From contig CAWDML010000003.1 in NCBI GenBank assembly GCA_963803435.1, positions 672,001-736,000 on the forward strand: DNA of 64,000 nucleotides, in the 5' to 3' direction. The stretch is from an uncultured delta proteobacterium (GTDB taxonomy: Bacteria > Myxococcota > Kuafuiibacteriia > Kuafuiibacteriales > Kuafuiibacteriaceae). Positions 36,245-45,913 of this stretch are shown piece after piece (the stretch's first letter is position 1; every line of letters starts with the position of its first letter). A model generated the notes under the pieces. The model ran no database searches, was not told where the DNA came from, and saw only the letters and a program-made list of their open reading frames with translations. Position numbers and translations under genes: made by a program.

Positions 36245-37498
36245 ATGGAGATCCGAGCGAAGCTGGCCCAGCTCCCGGCGCTCGACGGGGTTGGCTCGGC
36301 GCGCCCCTCGAGGTTGGGCGTCAAGCAGGGGCTCCTCGACGATCTGCGCCGGCGGATCCAGCGCGTGCTCGCCGAACCGGCGCGCGCGGCTGCACGGAGA
36401 CCGGCGCCCGCCCGCCGCGGCGCTCTGCGCGTCCACACCAGCTACCTCGAGCCCGGGCACCGCCACGGACGGATCGAGGTCGCGCGCGCGCTCTCGGCCG
36501 AGGCTCACCTGGTGGCCGAGCTCGCGCTCGATCCATCGATCGAGTCGGTGGATCTCTCGTCGGCCCTCTTCCTCGACATCGAGACGACGGGTTTCTCGGG
36601 TGCGGGAATCGTGCCCTTCCTGATCGGGCTGGCCTGGTTCGAGGATCAATCGTTTGTCGTGGAGCAGCTCTTCCTCGAGGAGCTCGGGGAGGAGTCGCCC
36701 ATGCTCGATCGACTCCGGGAGCGTGTCGAGCACGCGAGCTGCGTGGTGACGTACAACGGGAAGGCGTTCGACTGGCCGATCCTGGTGAACCGCTGCGTGC
36801 TCCACCGGGTCGTTCCACCGCGCGCGGTACCGCACGTCGACCTGCTGCACTGCGCGCGCCGGATCTATCGGCGGCGGCTGGGAGGCGTCCGCCTGGTCGA
36901 CCTCGAGGAGCGCGTGATGGGCATGCACCGCGAGCGCGACGTCGACGGTGCCGAGGTGCCGGGCTTGTACTGGACGTTCCTCCGCCACCGAAACGATGCG
37001 GCCATCACGCCGGTGGTCGAGCACAACGCCAACGATCTGGTGGCGCTGGCGGCGCTGCTCGCCCACCTGTCGGAGCGTTTCAAGACCGTACACTCGGAGG
37101 AGGATCCGATCGATCAGCTCGCCCGCGCCAAGCTCGCGCTGCGTGCCAAGGACCAGGTGCGCGCCGAGCAGTTCGCGCTGGCGGCGGGCGAGGGTGGCGG
37201 TGCACCGGAAGTCACCGTGGAGGCGTATGCGCTGCTCAGCCTGAGTCTGCGCCGGCGTGGCGAGTCAGCGCTCGCCGAGCGGGCGCTCCTCGACGCGCTC
37301 GAGGCCAGCGAGGGCAACACGGAGCTGGCGGCGCCGATCCATCTCGAGCTGACGAAGCTCTACGAGCACAGGTTGAAGCGGCTCGATCGCGCCCTCGAGC
37401 ACGCGCGTGACACGGGCGCGGTCGAGAGCGTCGTCGATCACGCGCGGCGGATCGCGCGGCTCGAGCGCAAGCTCTCGCGGGCCTGTGGCGCTACTTGA
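36245..37498 (+). CDS. mrfB: MrfB/YprB RNase H-like exonuclease with TPR-like C-terminus
   Basis: FLDIETTG, TYNGKAFDWP, HVDLLH, HNANDL; directly downstream of mrfA. Confidence 0.85.
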   Translation: MEIRAKLAQLPALDGVGSARPSRLGVKQGLLDDLRRRIQRVLAEPARAAARRPAPARRGALRVHTSYLEPGHRHGRIEVARALSAEAHLVAELALDPSIESVDLSSALFLDIETTGFSGAGIVPFLIGLAWFEDQSFVVEQLFLEELGEESPMLDRLRERVEHASCVVTYNGKAFDWPILVNRCVLHRVVPPRAVPHVDLLHCARRIYRRRLGGVRLVDLEERVMGMHRERDVDGAEVPGLYWTFLRHRNDAAITPVVEHNANDLVALAALLAHLSERFKTVHSEEDPIDQLARAKLALRAKDQVRAEQFALAAGEGGGAPEVTVEAYALLSLSLRRRGESALAERALLDALEASEGNTELAAPIHLELTKLYEHRLKRLDRALEHARDTGAVESVVDHARRIARLERKLSRACGAT

Positions 37499-38705
37499 CG
37501 ATCTCTTTGGTCCAGGTCTCGAATTGGTCGACGAGTCGATAGTGGGCCGCGCCTGACTCGGGTCCGATGAAGCCGGAGTGAAGGCGATGCACGGTCCCGT
37601 CGCGATTGAGGAAGATCGTGATGGGAAAGGCGGCGATCTCCTTGCTGGTCATTCCGGAGGGAAGGATCTTCCAGTAGTCCTCGATCTCGCCGTCCCGGGT
37701 CACCATCTGCCAGTTGATGCGGTACTCCTTCTTCAGCTGGGCCGCGCGCTCGAGGTTGTAGGTCTTGTCGCTGGTGAACTCGTAGTCGACGGTGAGGATC
37801 TGGAGATCCTGGCCTTGATACGACTCGTAGATCTTGCTCAACACCGGAGCGAGGTCGCCGCAGTGCGGGCACCAGCTTCCCGACAGCTCCACAATCACGG
37901 GATGGCCCGCGTAGCGCGGGTGATCGAGCTCCGGGAGGCGGATGCGCTTGTCGGGCGACGTGAGCTCGACCTCCTCGGGGAGCTCGAAGTCTTCCTTTGC
38001 TCGAGTCCCGCGGACGACCATCGTCGTCGTGAGGATGCCCGTGTGGAACTTGCCCTCGAGGCTGTCGCCGTCGACGTCGATGACCATGTAGTAGGCAGCG
38101 GTCCCGTCGAACCCAGAGAGGAGCACTTGCTTTCCCACCACGTTGCCGGAGACGTAGACCGTGTCGGCGTCGAGGTAGACGGTCGCGCCGTACGCTGTGA
38201 CGCCCTCCTTCTGGATGACGAGCTTTCCGGGTGAGTCGTCGAACGTGACCCTCCAGACGCCGCTGGGATCGACCGACGGCGGTGGGCTGTCCGCGGTCCG
38301 CAGCTTCAACTCGGGGTTTGGCTCCTCGATGTGGATCCCGCGAAACTGCAGCGAGCCGGCGCCCCAGGCTCGCGACTCGCTCTCCCAGCTCCCGATCAGC
38401 TGGCGATCGGCGGCCACGGCCGCGAGGATCTTGGTGTTGTAGACCGGGAAGTCGACCTCGACGCGCTCGCCCTTCCAGGTGTGCACGGCCGAGAACCAGT
38501 GCTTGCCGTTGAGCACCACGGCGCCGCCCTTCGTTGGATTGGCCGGGAGCGACAGGAAGAACGGAACCTCTCCCACGCCTTCGTGGATGAAGACGGCGCG
38601 GTACCATCCCCCCACATCGGCGGACGGATTGACGGCGAGTCGCTCCTGCCGCCGGCACCCGACGAGCGCGAGCGCGAGGAGCGTGACCTCGACACGCCGC
38701 ATCAA
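37491..38705 (-). CDS. TlpA-like thioredoxin-fold lipoprotein
   Basis: LVGC lipobox; SWCPHC redox motif; AFPITIFLNRDG cis-Pro motif. Confidence 0.85.
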   Translation of the reverse strand: MMRRVEVTLLALALVGCRRQERLAVNPSADVGGWYRAVFIHEGVGEVPFFLSLPANPTKGGAVVLNGKHWFSAVHTWKGERVEVDFPVYNTKILAAVAADRQLIGSWESESRAWGAGSLQFRGIHIEEPNPELKLRTADSPPPSVDPSGVWRVTFDDSPGKLVIQKEGVTAYGATVYLDADTVYVSGNVVGKQVLLSGFDGTAAYYMVIDVDGDSLEGKFHTGILTTTMVVRGTRAKEDFELPEEVELTSPDKRIRLPELDHPRYAGHPVIVELSGSWCPHCGDLAPVLSKIYESYQGQDLQILTVDYEFTSDKTYNLERAAQLKKEYRINWQMVTRDGEIEDYWKILPSGMTSKEIAAFPITIFLNRDGTVHRLHSGFIGPESGAAHYRLVDQFETWTKEIVK

Positions 38706-40828
38706 CGTGGCGGACTCTCCTTGACGGCCGCGGAGCCGATCGGTCCATCGAACTCCTTGGTGATGCCGGTGTGGTCCTTGATCACGAACTTCATCCGGCC
38801 GTTCCGCTTGCTCCGGGTCTCGTACTCCTTGGTCATCTTCACCGAGAAGTCGTCGGCGTCGCGGATTCGATCGTCACCGACGGCGAGGATCAGGTCGCCC
38901 GGGACGAGGCCGAAGCGCTCGAACGGGCCCTTGTCGACCTCCACGACGGTCACACCGACGGCAGCGTCCGGGAACCGCCATGCGACCGACGGGAAGGTGG
39001 TCAGCACCTTCATGCCGGCGACCTCGGTGGGTTGCGAGTACTTGGTGGCCAGCGCGGTGATCACGCCGGGCGCGAGGTCGTACACCACGAAGGCTCGGAA
39101 CTCGGTGCCTTGACCGTCGATCCGTTCGTACTCCTCCCAGTACCAGTCCGAGATCTGCGCGGGCACTGCGGCGCCTCCGGTGCGTCGGAGCGCAGCGGCC
39201 ACGTCCCGGTGCGAGTCGCGCACGACGCGAACCGAGTGCTCGAAGTCGGCGTCGGTCGGGTTGATCCGCGCGTCCTCGAGATCGCCGAGCGCGAGCTGCC
39301 GGACGTCGCGGAAGACGGGAAGGACGTGCTCCCGGAAGGGAGAGGTGTCGACGCGCAGCGTGATCGAGCTGGCGAGAGCCTCGAGCGCCGCGTTGGAGGC
39401 CTCGATCTTGGCGGCCTCCTTGGACGGCAGGTAGGAGGAGACGCCCACGCAGGAGATCCGGTTCACCAGGTCCGTGCAGTAGCTCGAGAACGGGATGTCC
39501 GAGGTGATCCAGGCGGGCCGCTTCTTGGTGGCCTCGTTGAGCGTGTTGACGGCCTCATGGACCATCTGCTCGCTCTTCTGTTGTTGATGGAAGACCAGCG
39601 CGCCCATGCCGCCCACGGCCACCAGCGCGATCGGCAGCACGATCAGCGCGGACCGGGTGACGACGCCGCCCTGACCGTCCTGCTTCTTCTTGTCCTTCTT
39701 GGGCCGCGTCGCCTTCTTGATGAACCGCTTCAGGTCCGACGTGACGTCGGGCATGGGAAGCGACGGGAGGAGCGCGCGCGTGGCGTCGGGAGGGACGCAC
39801 TCCGCGGGACCGCGGCACTCGGGACACTTCTGCTGCGGCGCCATTGCGATCTTGAGGAGGTTGTGGTGAGCCGCGACGTCGATCATGTGCCTCGTGGTGC
39901 TCCGGCACTTGGCGCAGGTGAAGGGCAGGGCGAAGGACACGACCTGGACCTTGCCGCCCAGATCCTCGGGCTGAAGCGTCCGCTCCAGGAACATCGCCTC
40001 ACAGGCGTTGAGCAGGATCCGCTCGGCGTGCGGCTTCATCAGGCTGATGAACTTGCGGAACTCGGCGGCGCCTGCGGGGTCGACGCCGCCGACGCCGGCC
40101 ACGTCCACCACGACGGTACCCTCGACGCCCTCGGCCAGCTTCTCTCCCGGGAAGGCGCCGTCGAGGTTGCCGGACAGCTTCATCAGCGTGAAGCGGCCCT
40201 CGAGCACCTTCTCCGCCTGAATTCGGCGAGAGAGATCGCCGACGGCGTAGCCGAGCTTGGAGATGAGGAAGTTGCCGATGGCGGGGTCCAGCTCGAAGTC
40301 GCGCTGGTTGGCGACGAAGCTGAAGTACGTGATGGGCTCGTCGTCGAAGTACTCGGGGTTGCCGCAATGCTCACACGCGCGGTCGGGCGCCTTCATCTTC
40401 TTGAGCGCTTCGTTGTCGCGGTCGGCGTTCAGCAGGACGACGTGCTCGGTCTCGCAGTAGTCGCACCGGTAGGGCGCGTAGAAGCTGAAGACCAGCCCTT
40501 TTCCGGTGAAGTCCGAGACCATGTTGAGCTGATTCATGATCTTGGGCGAGCAGTTGATGAGGATGAACTCGTCGAGGGATCGGTCGATGATCGAGACGAA
40601 ATCGAGCCACTCGCGGACTCCGAAGGAAGAGACCCGGACCACACCTCCCAGGTCCAGCACCAGCTTTTTGGCCCGGATCGTGGCCGCAACCTTCTTGCCT
40701 TCGAACTTCTCGTTGATCATCCCGTGAAATCGGACGCACGTGATCGCGCCGTCCGATATCTTCTCGATCTGGAGCTCGCTCCCCATCTGTGTGGGGTCGA
40801 GGACGGTGGCTTGAGTCGCAACGCTCAT
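38702..40828 (-). CDS. Membrane protein: two Cys-rich STAS-like domains + TM + periplasmic region + PDZ
   Basis: LVLDLGGVVRVSSFGVREW..CSPKIMNQLNMV..PYRCDYC..CEHC; second copy ..PFTCAKC..CPEC; one TM helix; C-terminal GLVPGDLILAVG (PDZ-like). Confidence 0.7.
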   Translation of the reverse strand: MSVATQATVLDPTQMGSELQIEKISDGAITCVRFHGMINEKFEGKKVAATIRAKKLVLDLGGVVRVSSFGVREWLDFVSIIDRSLDEFILINCSPKIMNQLNMVSDFTGKGLVFSFYAPYRCDYCETEHVVLLNADRDNEALKKMKAPDRACEHCGNPEYFDDEPITYFSFVANQRDFELDPAIGNFLISKLGYAVGDLSRRIQAEKVLEGRFTLMKLSGNLDGAFPGEKLAEGVEGTVVVDVAGVGGVDPAGAAEFRKFISLMKPHAERILLNACEAMFLERTLQPEDLGGKVQVVSFALPFTCAKCRSTTRHMIDVAAHHNLLKIAMAPQQKCPECRGPAECVPPDATRALLPSLPMPDVTSDLKRFIKKATRPKKDKKKQDGQGGVVTRSALIVLPIALVAVGGMGALVFHQQQKSEQMVHEAVNTLNEATKKRPAWITSDIPFSSYCTDLVNRISCVGVSSYLPSKEAAKIEASNAALEALASSITLRVDTSPFREHVLPVFRDVRQLALGDLEDARINPTDADFEHSVRVVRDSHRDVAAALRRTGGAAVPAQISDWYWEEYERIDGQGTEFRAFVVYDLAPGVITALATKYSQPTEVAGMKVLTTFPSVAWRFPDAAVGVTVVEVDKGPFERFGLVPGDLILAVGDDRIRDADDFSVKMTKEYETRSKRNGRMKFVIKDHTGITKEFDGPIGSAAVKESPPR

Positions 40829-40849
40829 GGCTCCTCCAAGAAGATCCGC

Positions 40850-41779
40850 CTAGGCCCGCTCGAAGAAATGGATCGAACGGGCGCGACTGCGAAAGTCGCG
40901 GCGGTTGACCTCGAGATCGATGAAAGCAGTCACGTCCGTTTGTCTCCCTGGCATGACATCGTACACGATCGAAAGGCAGGAATTATGTACCACGGCCATG
41001 CCGAGGCCAGCGCCCCCGGAGCTGGTATCGACCTCGCCTTCGCGAAGGCCTCGGGCGAGACCCTCGAAGACGTGTTTTCGCTCGAGACGGCCGAACGGAT
41101 CCGACACTTGAATACAAAGTCTAAACCCGTCGCTGAACATCCGCAGATGGGCCGCCTCGGGGATCGGCAGCTCGACCGGGTTTTTGCGGTCGTGGGCGAA
41201 GCGGGTCTTGCCGTTCGCGTCGACGGGCGCGTCGTAGAGGGCGTTCATCAACAGCTCGTGCGACAGCTCGGCGACGGTCTCCGACATCCACTTCGGCACG
41301 TGGAGGCGATCGGCGAACGTCTGGGCCCGAAGGGTGGCCGCATCCATCTCCACCGACGTTCGGACCGTCTGCTCGAAGCCTCCCGAGCCGAAGTTGACGA
41401 AGCGGTCGATCGAGGGGGCGGGCTCGTGAGGGGCCAGCGCGCGGTGGGCGACCATCACCAGCTCCCAGGGCTCCGGCGAGGTCTCGAAGCTGGGCCTCCC
41501 CAGGATGCTGGTGAGCCCCGGCTGCTCCACCACGAAGCGAAGAAGTCGCGCGACGGACTCAGCGGTCCACAACACGCCCCGGAGCGCAGGATTGGCACGT
41601 AGCGCCGCTCCTACGACGCTCCGGTCGAACTCGTCCGCGCCGATAAAGCTGATGTCTTGGACGTGTTTTTGAACATCGTCGGGATCTTCGGTCACGATGA
41701 CTTCGAGACCCGCTGCGCGCCAGAGCCTCGCGATGCGGCGGTTGATCGCCGCGCCCCGCTGGAGCAGCAGTGCAAGCAC
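40850..41779 (-). CDS. HATPase_c-like (RsbW/SpoIIAB-like) protein
   Basis: ELLMNALYDAP (N-box), VSDPFG (G1), GGAGLGM (G2); no H-box. Confidence 0.7.
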   Translation of the reverse strand: MLALLLQRGAAINRRIARLWRAAGLEVIVTEDPDDVQKHVQDISFIGADEFDRSVVGAALRANPALRGVLWTAESVARLLRFVVEQPGLTSILGRPSFETSPEPWELVMVAHRALAPHEPAPSIDRFVNFGSGGFEQTVRTSVEMDAATLRAQTFADRLHVPKWMSETVAELSHELLMNALYDAPVDANGKTRFAHDRKNPVELPIPEAAHLRMFSDGFRLCIQVSDPFGRLERKHVFEGLARGLREGEVDTSSGGAGLGMAVVHNSCLSIVYDVMPGRQTDVTAFIDLEVNRRDFRSRARSIHFFERA

Positions 41780-41947
41780 CCGCTCGTGCTATAGCGCAGC
41801 ACTGATGGAGTCTCAAGCAGCGCCCCGGGTGATGTAGACGCCACGAACACGTGTGCGGCGGTTGAAAGACAGCGACGGGGAATGAGCCGCGCCGGCCCTC
41901 CTCGACTTGCTCGCGCTCCGGGCGATAAGCAATCATCCAGGCAGGCA

Positions 41948-43615
41948 ATGGGTCATTCATCCGCGCTTCGTGTTCACAGCGTGTCTCGGGGCGGAGTCAC
42001 GTACGTTCGTTTGAATGGAACCGTGGACGAGAGCTTCGATCCTCAGGCGCTCCTCGCCGAAGCCCGCGGTCAGAAAGTCATTCTCAATCTCAAGGGCGTC
42101 ACGCGCCTCAGTTCTTTCGGCGTGCGCGAGTGGACCCACGCGATGCGCGAGCTTTGTGCCAGAGTGGAGCACGTCTACCTGGTCGAAGTTTCGCCGGCGG
42201 TGGTCACCCAGCTGAACATGGTGGCCAACTTCGCAGGCGCGGCTCACGTTCTCTCGGTTCAGGCACCGTTCTATTGCGATTGTGGCTACGAAAGCGAGAT
42301 CACCTACGACCTCCGCGACGGTGAGGTGAACCTGGGCTCGGTCGTCTGCCGCGAGTGCGCCAGCCTCATGTCGTTCGACGACGATCCCGAGTCCTACTTT
42401 CAGTATCCGCTCGAGAACGCGCGCAGTCAGCCGATCGATCCCAACATCGACGTGTTCCTGCGCCATCTCTCGGATTCGTTCCAGGAAGACGGCGGTGGCA
42501 TGCGTTCGTTTCCGCCGCCCGAGAGCGCGAGCAACGTTCGCACCAGCGAGATCCCGATTCCCTCCATCGTCCCGCATGGGACGAACCCGGGACTGCCGAT
42601 CCCCACGCGCGTCACGTCCGTCGGGACGATGGGCGGCGGCACCACCGGAACGGGCTCGTTCGCGCGGTCGCAGGATCTGTCGATGACGCAGCAGCACCCT
42701 CGGCCACCGCCGCTGTGGGTGAGCGCCAGGAGTGTGCTCCTAGGACTCTCGATTCCGGTTGTGCTCGCGATCTTGGTCCTCATCCTTTGGCCCGCCGGAG
42801 GCAGCGGCTCGGGTCTCCCGGACGAGGCGAAGCAGGAGTTCAAGGAGCACTTCTCGCAGGGACGCTGGGGTGAGGCTGCGCTCCTGGTCCGGCGCCTCGA
42901 GCGGCAGAAGAAGATCTCGCCCGAGGCCGCCGAGCGGGTGAAGGAAGAGATCAAGGCGGCCGCGCTCGCGCCCTACAACGAGCACCTCGAGAACCAGCGC
43001 TACGCCGAGGCCGCGCAGCTCGTCACTCAGGCAGCCCGCGATCGCGTGATCGCGCCGCGCGACTCGACGCGGCTGCACAAGGAGGTGATGGAACGGGCGA
43101 TCGCCCGCCACCGCGAGCTCCTGGCGGCACAGCAGATCTCGAGCGCCGAGGCACTTGCCGAGGCCCTGACGCAGAGGGACGTCCTCCCGGCCGCGCTTCG
43201 CCGCAGCTTCCAAAATGACCTCACGCTCGATCGCCAGCAGCTCTCCGAGAAGCTGGAGCGCAAGGCCCGCGAGGCCTTCGAGACCGAGCACTGGGAGGAG
43301 GCGAACGCGGCGATGGACGTGATGCTCCGCCTCGGTCCGCCCGAGCCCGACATCATGTTCCTCAAGGCGGAGGCGCTCCGCAAGCTGGAGAAGATGAACG
43401 AGGCCGCGGCGCTCTACGAGACGTTCATCGGCATGGTGCAGCACGACGACCCGCCCCACACCAACTTCGACGGAGCGCTCTACTACCGGGCGAAGTACCT
43501 CGCCGACTCGGGCAAGACCCGCGAAGCGAACGAGCTGTTCAAGCGGGTGACCGAGATTCCGAACAGCCGCTTCCACGACAACGCGGCGAAAGCACTCCAG
43601 CACGAATCGAACTGA
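41948..43615 (+). CDS. Cys-rich STAS-like domain + TM + TPR protein
   Basis: ILNLKGVTRLSSFGVREW..VVTQLNMVANF..PFYCDC..CRECA..FDDDPESYF; TM helix; helical TPR-like C-terminus. Confidence 0.72.
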   Translation: MGHSSALRVHSVSRGGVTYVRLNGTVDESFDPQALLAEARGQKVILNLKGVTRLSSFGVREWTHAMRELCARVEHVYLVEVSPAVVTQLNMVANFAGAAHVLSVQAPFYCDCGYESEITYDLRDGEVNLGSVVCRECASLMSFDDDPESYFQYPLENARSQPIDPNIDVFLRHLSDSFQEDGGGMRSFPPPESASNVRTSEIPIPSIVPHGTNPGLPIPTRVTSVGTMGGGTTGTGSFARSQDLSMTQQHPRPPPLWVSARSVLLGLSIPVVLAILVLILWPAGGSGSGLPDEAKQEFKEHFSQGRWGEAALLVRRLERQKKISPEAAERVKEEIKAAALAPYNEHLENQRYAEAAQLVTQAARDRVIAPRDSTRLHKEVMERAIARHRELLAAQQISSAEALAEALTQRDVLPAALRRSFQNDLTLDRQQLSEKLERKAREAFETEHWEEANAAMDVMLRLGPPEPDIMFLKAEALRKLEKMNEAAALYETFIGMVQHDDPPHTNFDGALYYRAKYLADSGKTREANELFKRVTEIPNSRFHDNAAKALQHESN

Positions 43616-43666
43616 CGCTCCCGAGCGGCGTGTCCCCTCTAGGGGGCCCGGGCGGGCGCGGGCGGC

Positions 43667-44182
43667 TCAAATGCCGCTGCGCTTGCGGCCGATCTGGGAC
43701 TGGCGCTGGCGCAGCTTCTCGATCTCCGAGTCGCGCTCCTCGATCACGCGGAGGAGGCCCGAGCGTTCCTTCTTGTGCTCCGTCTCCTCCTCCAGGTAGC
43801 GCTCCTTGAGGCGGCGCTCGTCGGTGACGTCGCGGTGCGTGACGAACACGCCGGTGATCTGGCCCTGGTCGTTGCGGATCGGAATGGCGGAGAGCTCGAG
43901 CACGAGCTCGCGACCGTCCTTGGTCTGCCCGCGGATCTCGTTCATGCGAACGGGCGCCTGCTTCTCCATGCACTGGAGCGCGATGCAATTCGACTTGCAG
44001 ATCTCGAGGCGCAGCGACTCGTAGCAAGGCGAGTCCTTGATTTTCCGCCGGTCGGCGCCGCGAAGATCGAGCATCTGAGCGAACGCGGCGTTGTGCGTGA
44101 GGACGCGACGTTCGCGATCCACGACGAAGTAAGAGTCGAGGAACACGGGACCGAGCCGTTCGACTGCGTCATGATCATCCAA
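43667..44182 (-). CDS. Stand-alone PAS domain protein with coiled-coil tail
   Basis: YFVVDRERRVLTHNAAF..SAIPIRNDQGQITGVFVTHRDVT. Confidence 0.82.
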   Translation of the reverse strand: MDDHDAVERLGPVFLDSYFVVDRERRVLTHNAAFAQMLDLRGADRRKIKDSPCYESLRLEICKSNCIALQCMEKQAPVRMNEIRGQTKDGRELVLELSAIPIRNDQGQITGVFVTHRDVTDERRLKERYLEEETEHKKERSGLLRVIEERDSEIEKLRQRQSQIGRKRSGI

Positions 44183-44185
44183 GGT

Positions 44186-45754
44186 TCACCTCTGGTCGTC
44201 TTTCGCCATCTCGTCCATCTTCGTGACTACCTCCATCAACGCGTGTCGCGTGTCGATCGGATAGATCGGCGACTCACCGTTCATGATGGGCGCGGCCTCG
44301 CTGAAGCTGAAGTCACCCTCACGACAGCCGAGGAGCTCGATGAGCGCCGCCTCGATCTGGATCTGCATCGCGTGCTGGAGGGTGTCTCCGTTGATGATGC
44401 CGTCCTCGACCATCGCGAGGCCCAGCTGGAGCGGGTCCTCCCCTTCGTCGAGGATCGTCACCTCCAGATCATCCTTGGTGATCGCCTTGAGCCGCACCAG
44501 GATCGCAAGGATGTCGTCGCTCGACGGTGACTGCCCGCCGATCAGATCGCCGTTTTGGATCCGGAGGTTGCCGTCGATCCTTCCGCGGATCTCGAGGATG
44601 CCGGTGGACCGGTGGACCTTGAGGAATTCGAGCACCTCGACGATGGGAAAGATCTGGATCTCGCCGGTGATCGAGCCCGAGCGGAGGACGGGCGAAAGGA
44701 CGGCGGGATCGGCCCAGGAGAGCTGGCGTTGCTCGGGCGGACGGGAGAGCTGCAGCATCGTGTCGCGGAGCGCGGCCTCGATCTCGCGGTCGGCTGGATC
44801 GAGCTGAGTCGCCTTCATCAGCGAGTTGCGTGCCTGTTCCAGATCGCCGAGCTCGCGCAGCGCGAGGCCGACGTTGTAGTGGGCGAGGCTCCAATCGGGC
44901 GCGAGGGAGGCGACCTCCCAGAACGCCGCCATCGCCTCTTCGGGCTTGGTCGCGGACAGCAGCGCGACGCCGTAGTTGAGTCGGACTTGCGGTGAGCGCG
45001 GGTTGAGCTTGATCGCTTGCTTGAGCGCGTGCGTCGCGGCTTCGTGCGAACCGGCGCGCGACAGCGCCATGCCGAGATCGGCGAAAGCCTCGGCCGAGTC
45101 GGGGCGCGCTCGCGCCACCTCCGTGAGGAGCTCGACCGCGCTTCGGTGGTGGCCTCGGTTGGAGAGGCCGACGCCGAGCGCAGTCTTGGCCTTCAGATCA
45201 CCCGGATCGAGCTCCGCGACCTGGCGCCAGGCGCGGATCGCACCGGAGTGGAGGCCTTGACGGCCGAGGATCGAGCCCAGATGACGGTAGGCCTCGGTGT
45301 TGTTGGGATCCGCGTTGAGCGCCAGGTAGTAGTACGAGATCGCCTCTTCCACGTGCCCCATCTGCTCGCACGCGATCGCGTATTGCAGGCACGCCTCCGC
45401 ACCGTGGTCCGAGAGCACGACAGCTTCGCGCAGCGGCTTGGTCGCTTGATCCACCTGTCCCCACCTCAGCAAGAGTGCCGCCAGCTTGAGACGCCCCTGT
45501 ACCGACCGGGGATCCGCCAAGCAGACTTGGAAGAAGGCCTCGCCGGCGCCGGCTTCATCCTGCATCCCGAGGAGGGACAGCCCGATCGACATCGCGAGGT
45601 CCGCGGGCGGGCTGCAGGTGAGGGCCTGCCTGAGGGCTGCGTGTGTCTCTTGGAGCTTGTCCTCGTTGGCGAGCGCGACGCCCAAGTCGTACCAGGCGCG
45701 CGCGTCGTCGGGATGCTCCTTCACGCGTTTGCGGAGCTGGCGCAGTGAGCTCAT
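44186..45754 (-). CDS. TPR-repeat protein with C-terminal DUF4388 (PATAN/GYF-like) domain
   Basis: Repeated TPR motifs (AWYDLGVAL, AHYNVGLAL); SITGEIQIFPIVEVLEFLKVHRSTGILEI..EGDFSF. Confidence 0.82.
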   Translation of the reverse strand: MSSLRQLRKRVKEHPDDARAWYDLGVALANEDKLQETHAALRQALTCSPPADLAMSIGLSLLGMQDEAGAGEAFFQVCLADPRSVQGRLKLAALLLRWGQVDQATKPLREAVVLSDHGAEACLQYAIACEQMGHVEEAISYYYLALNADPNNTEAYRHLGSILGRQGLHSGAIRAWRQVAELDPGDLKAKTALGVGLSNRGHHRSAVELLTEVARARPDSAEAFADLGMALSRAGSHEAATHALKQAIKLNPRSPQVRLNYGVALLSATKPEEAMAAFWEVASLAPDWSLAHYNVGLALRELGDLEQARNSLMKATQLDPADREIEAALRDTMLQLSRPPEQRQLSWADPAVLSPVLRSGSITGEIQIFPIVEVLEFLKVHRSTGILEIRGRIDGNLRIQNGDLIGGQSPSSDDILAILVRLKAITKDDLEVTILDEGEDPLQLGLAMVEDGIINGDTLQHAMQIQIEAALIELLGCREGDFSFSEAAPIMNGESPIYPIDTRHALMEVVTKMDEMAKDDQR

Positions 45755-45913
45755 GGATGCGGCGACGCTTCTCCTAAGTATCGCCGGCCTGGCGGGAGCG
45801 CAAGACACTGGCGCAGGCGCGTGGTCGTGTGTGGGAGGGCCCAGGGGCCGCGGCGTGTGCCACATGTTGCGGGGTTCGCCAGCCGATGCTCTACTAGGCC
45901 GGTCCCGTCGTCG

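Noticed and set aside
31387-41602. Long antisense ORFs (e.g. 31387-34104 minus, 38771-41602 plus; similarly 12979-15381, 58684-60429, 60890-63154)
   Set aside because: Stop-poor shadows typical of high-GC DNA, lying opposite well-supported genes and lacking motifs
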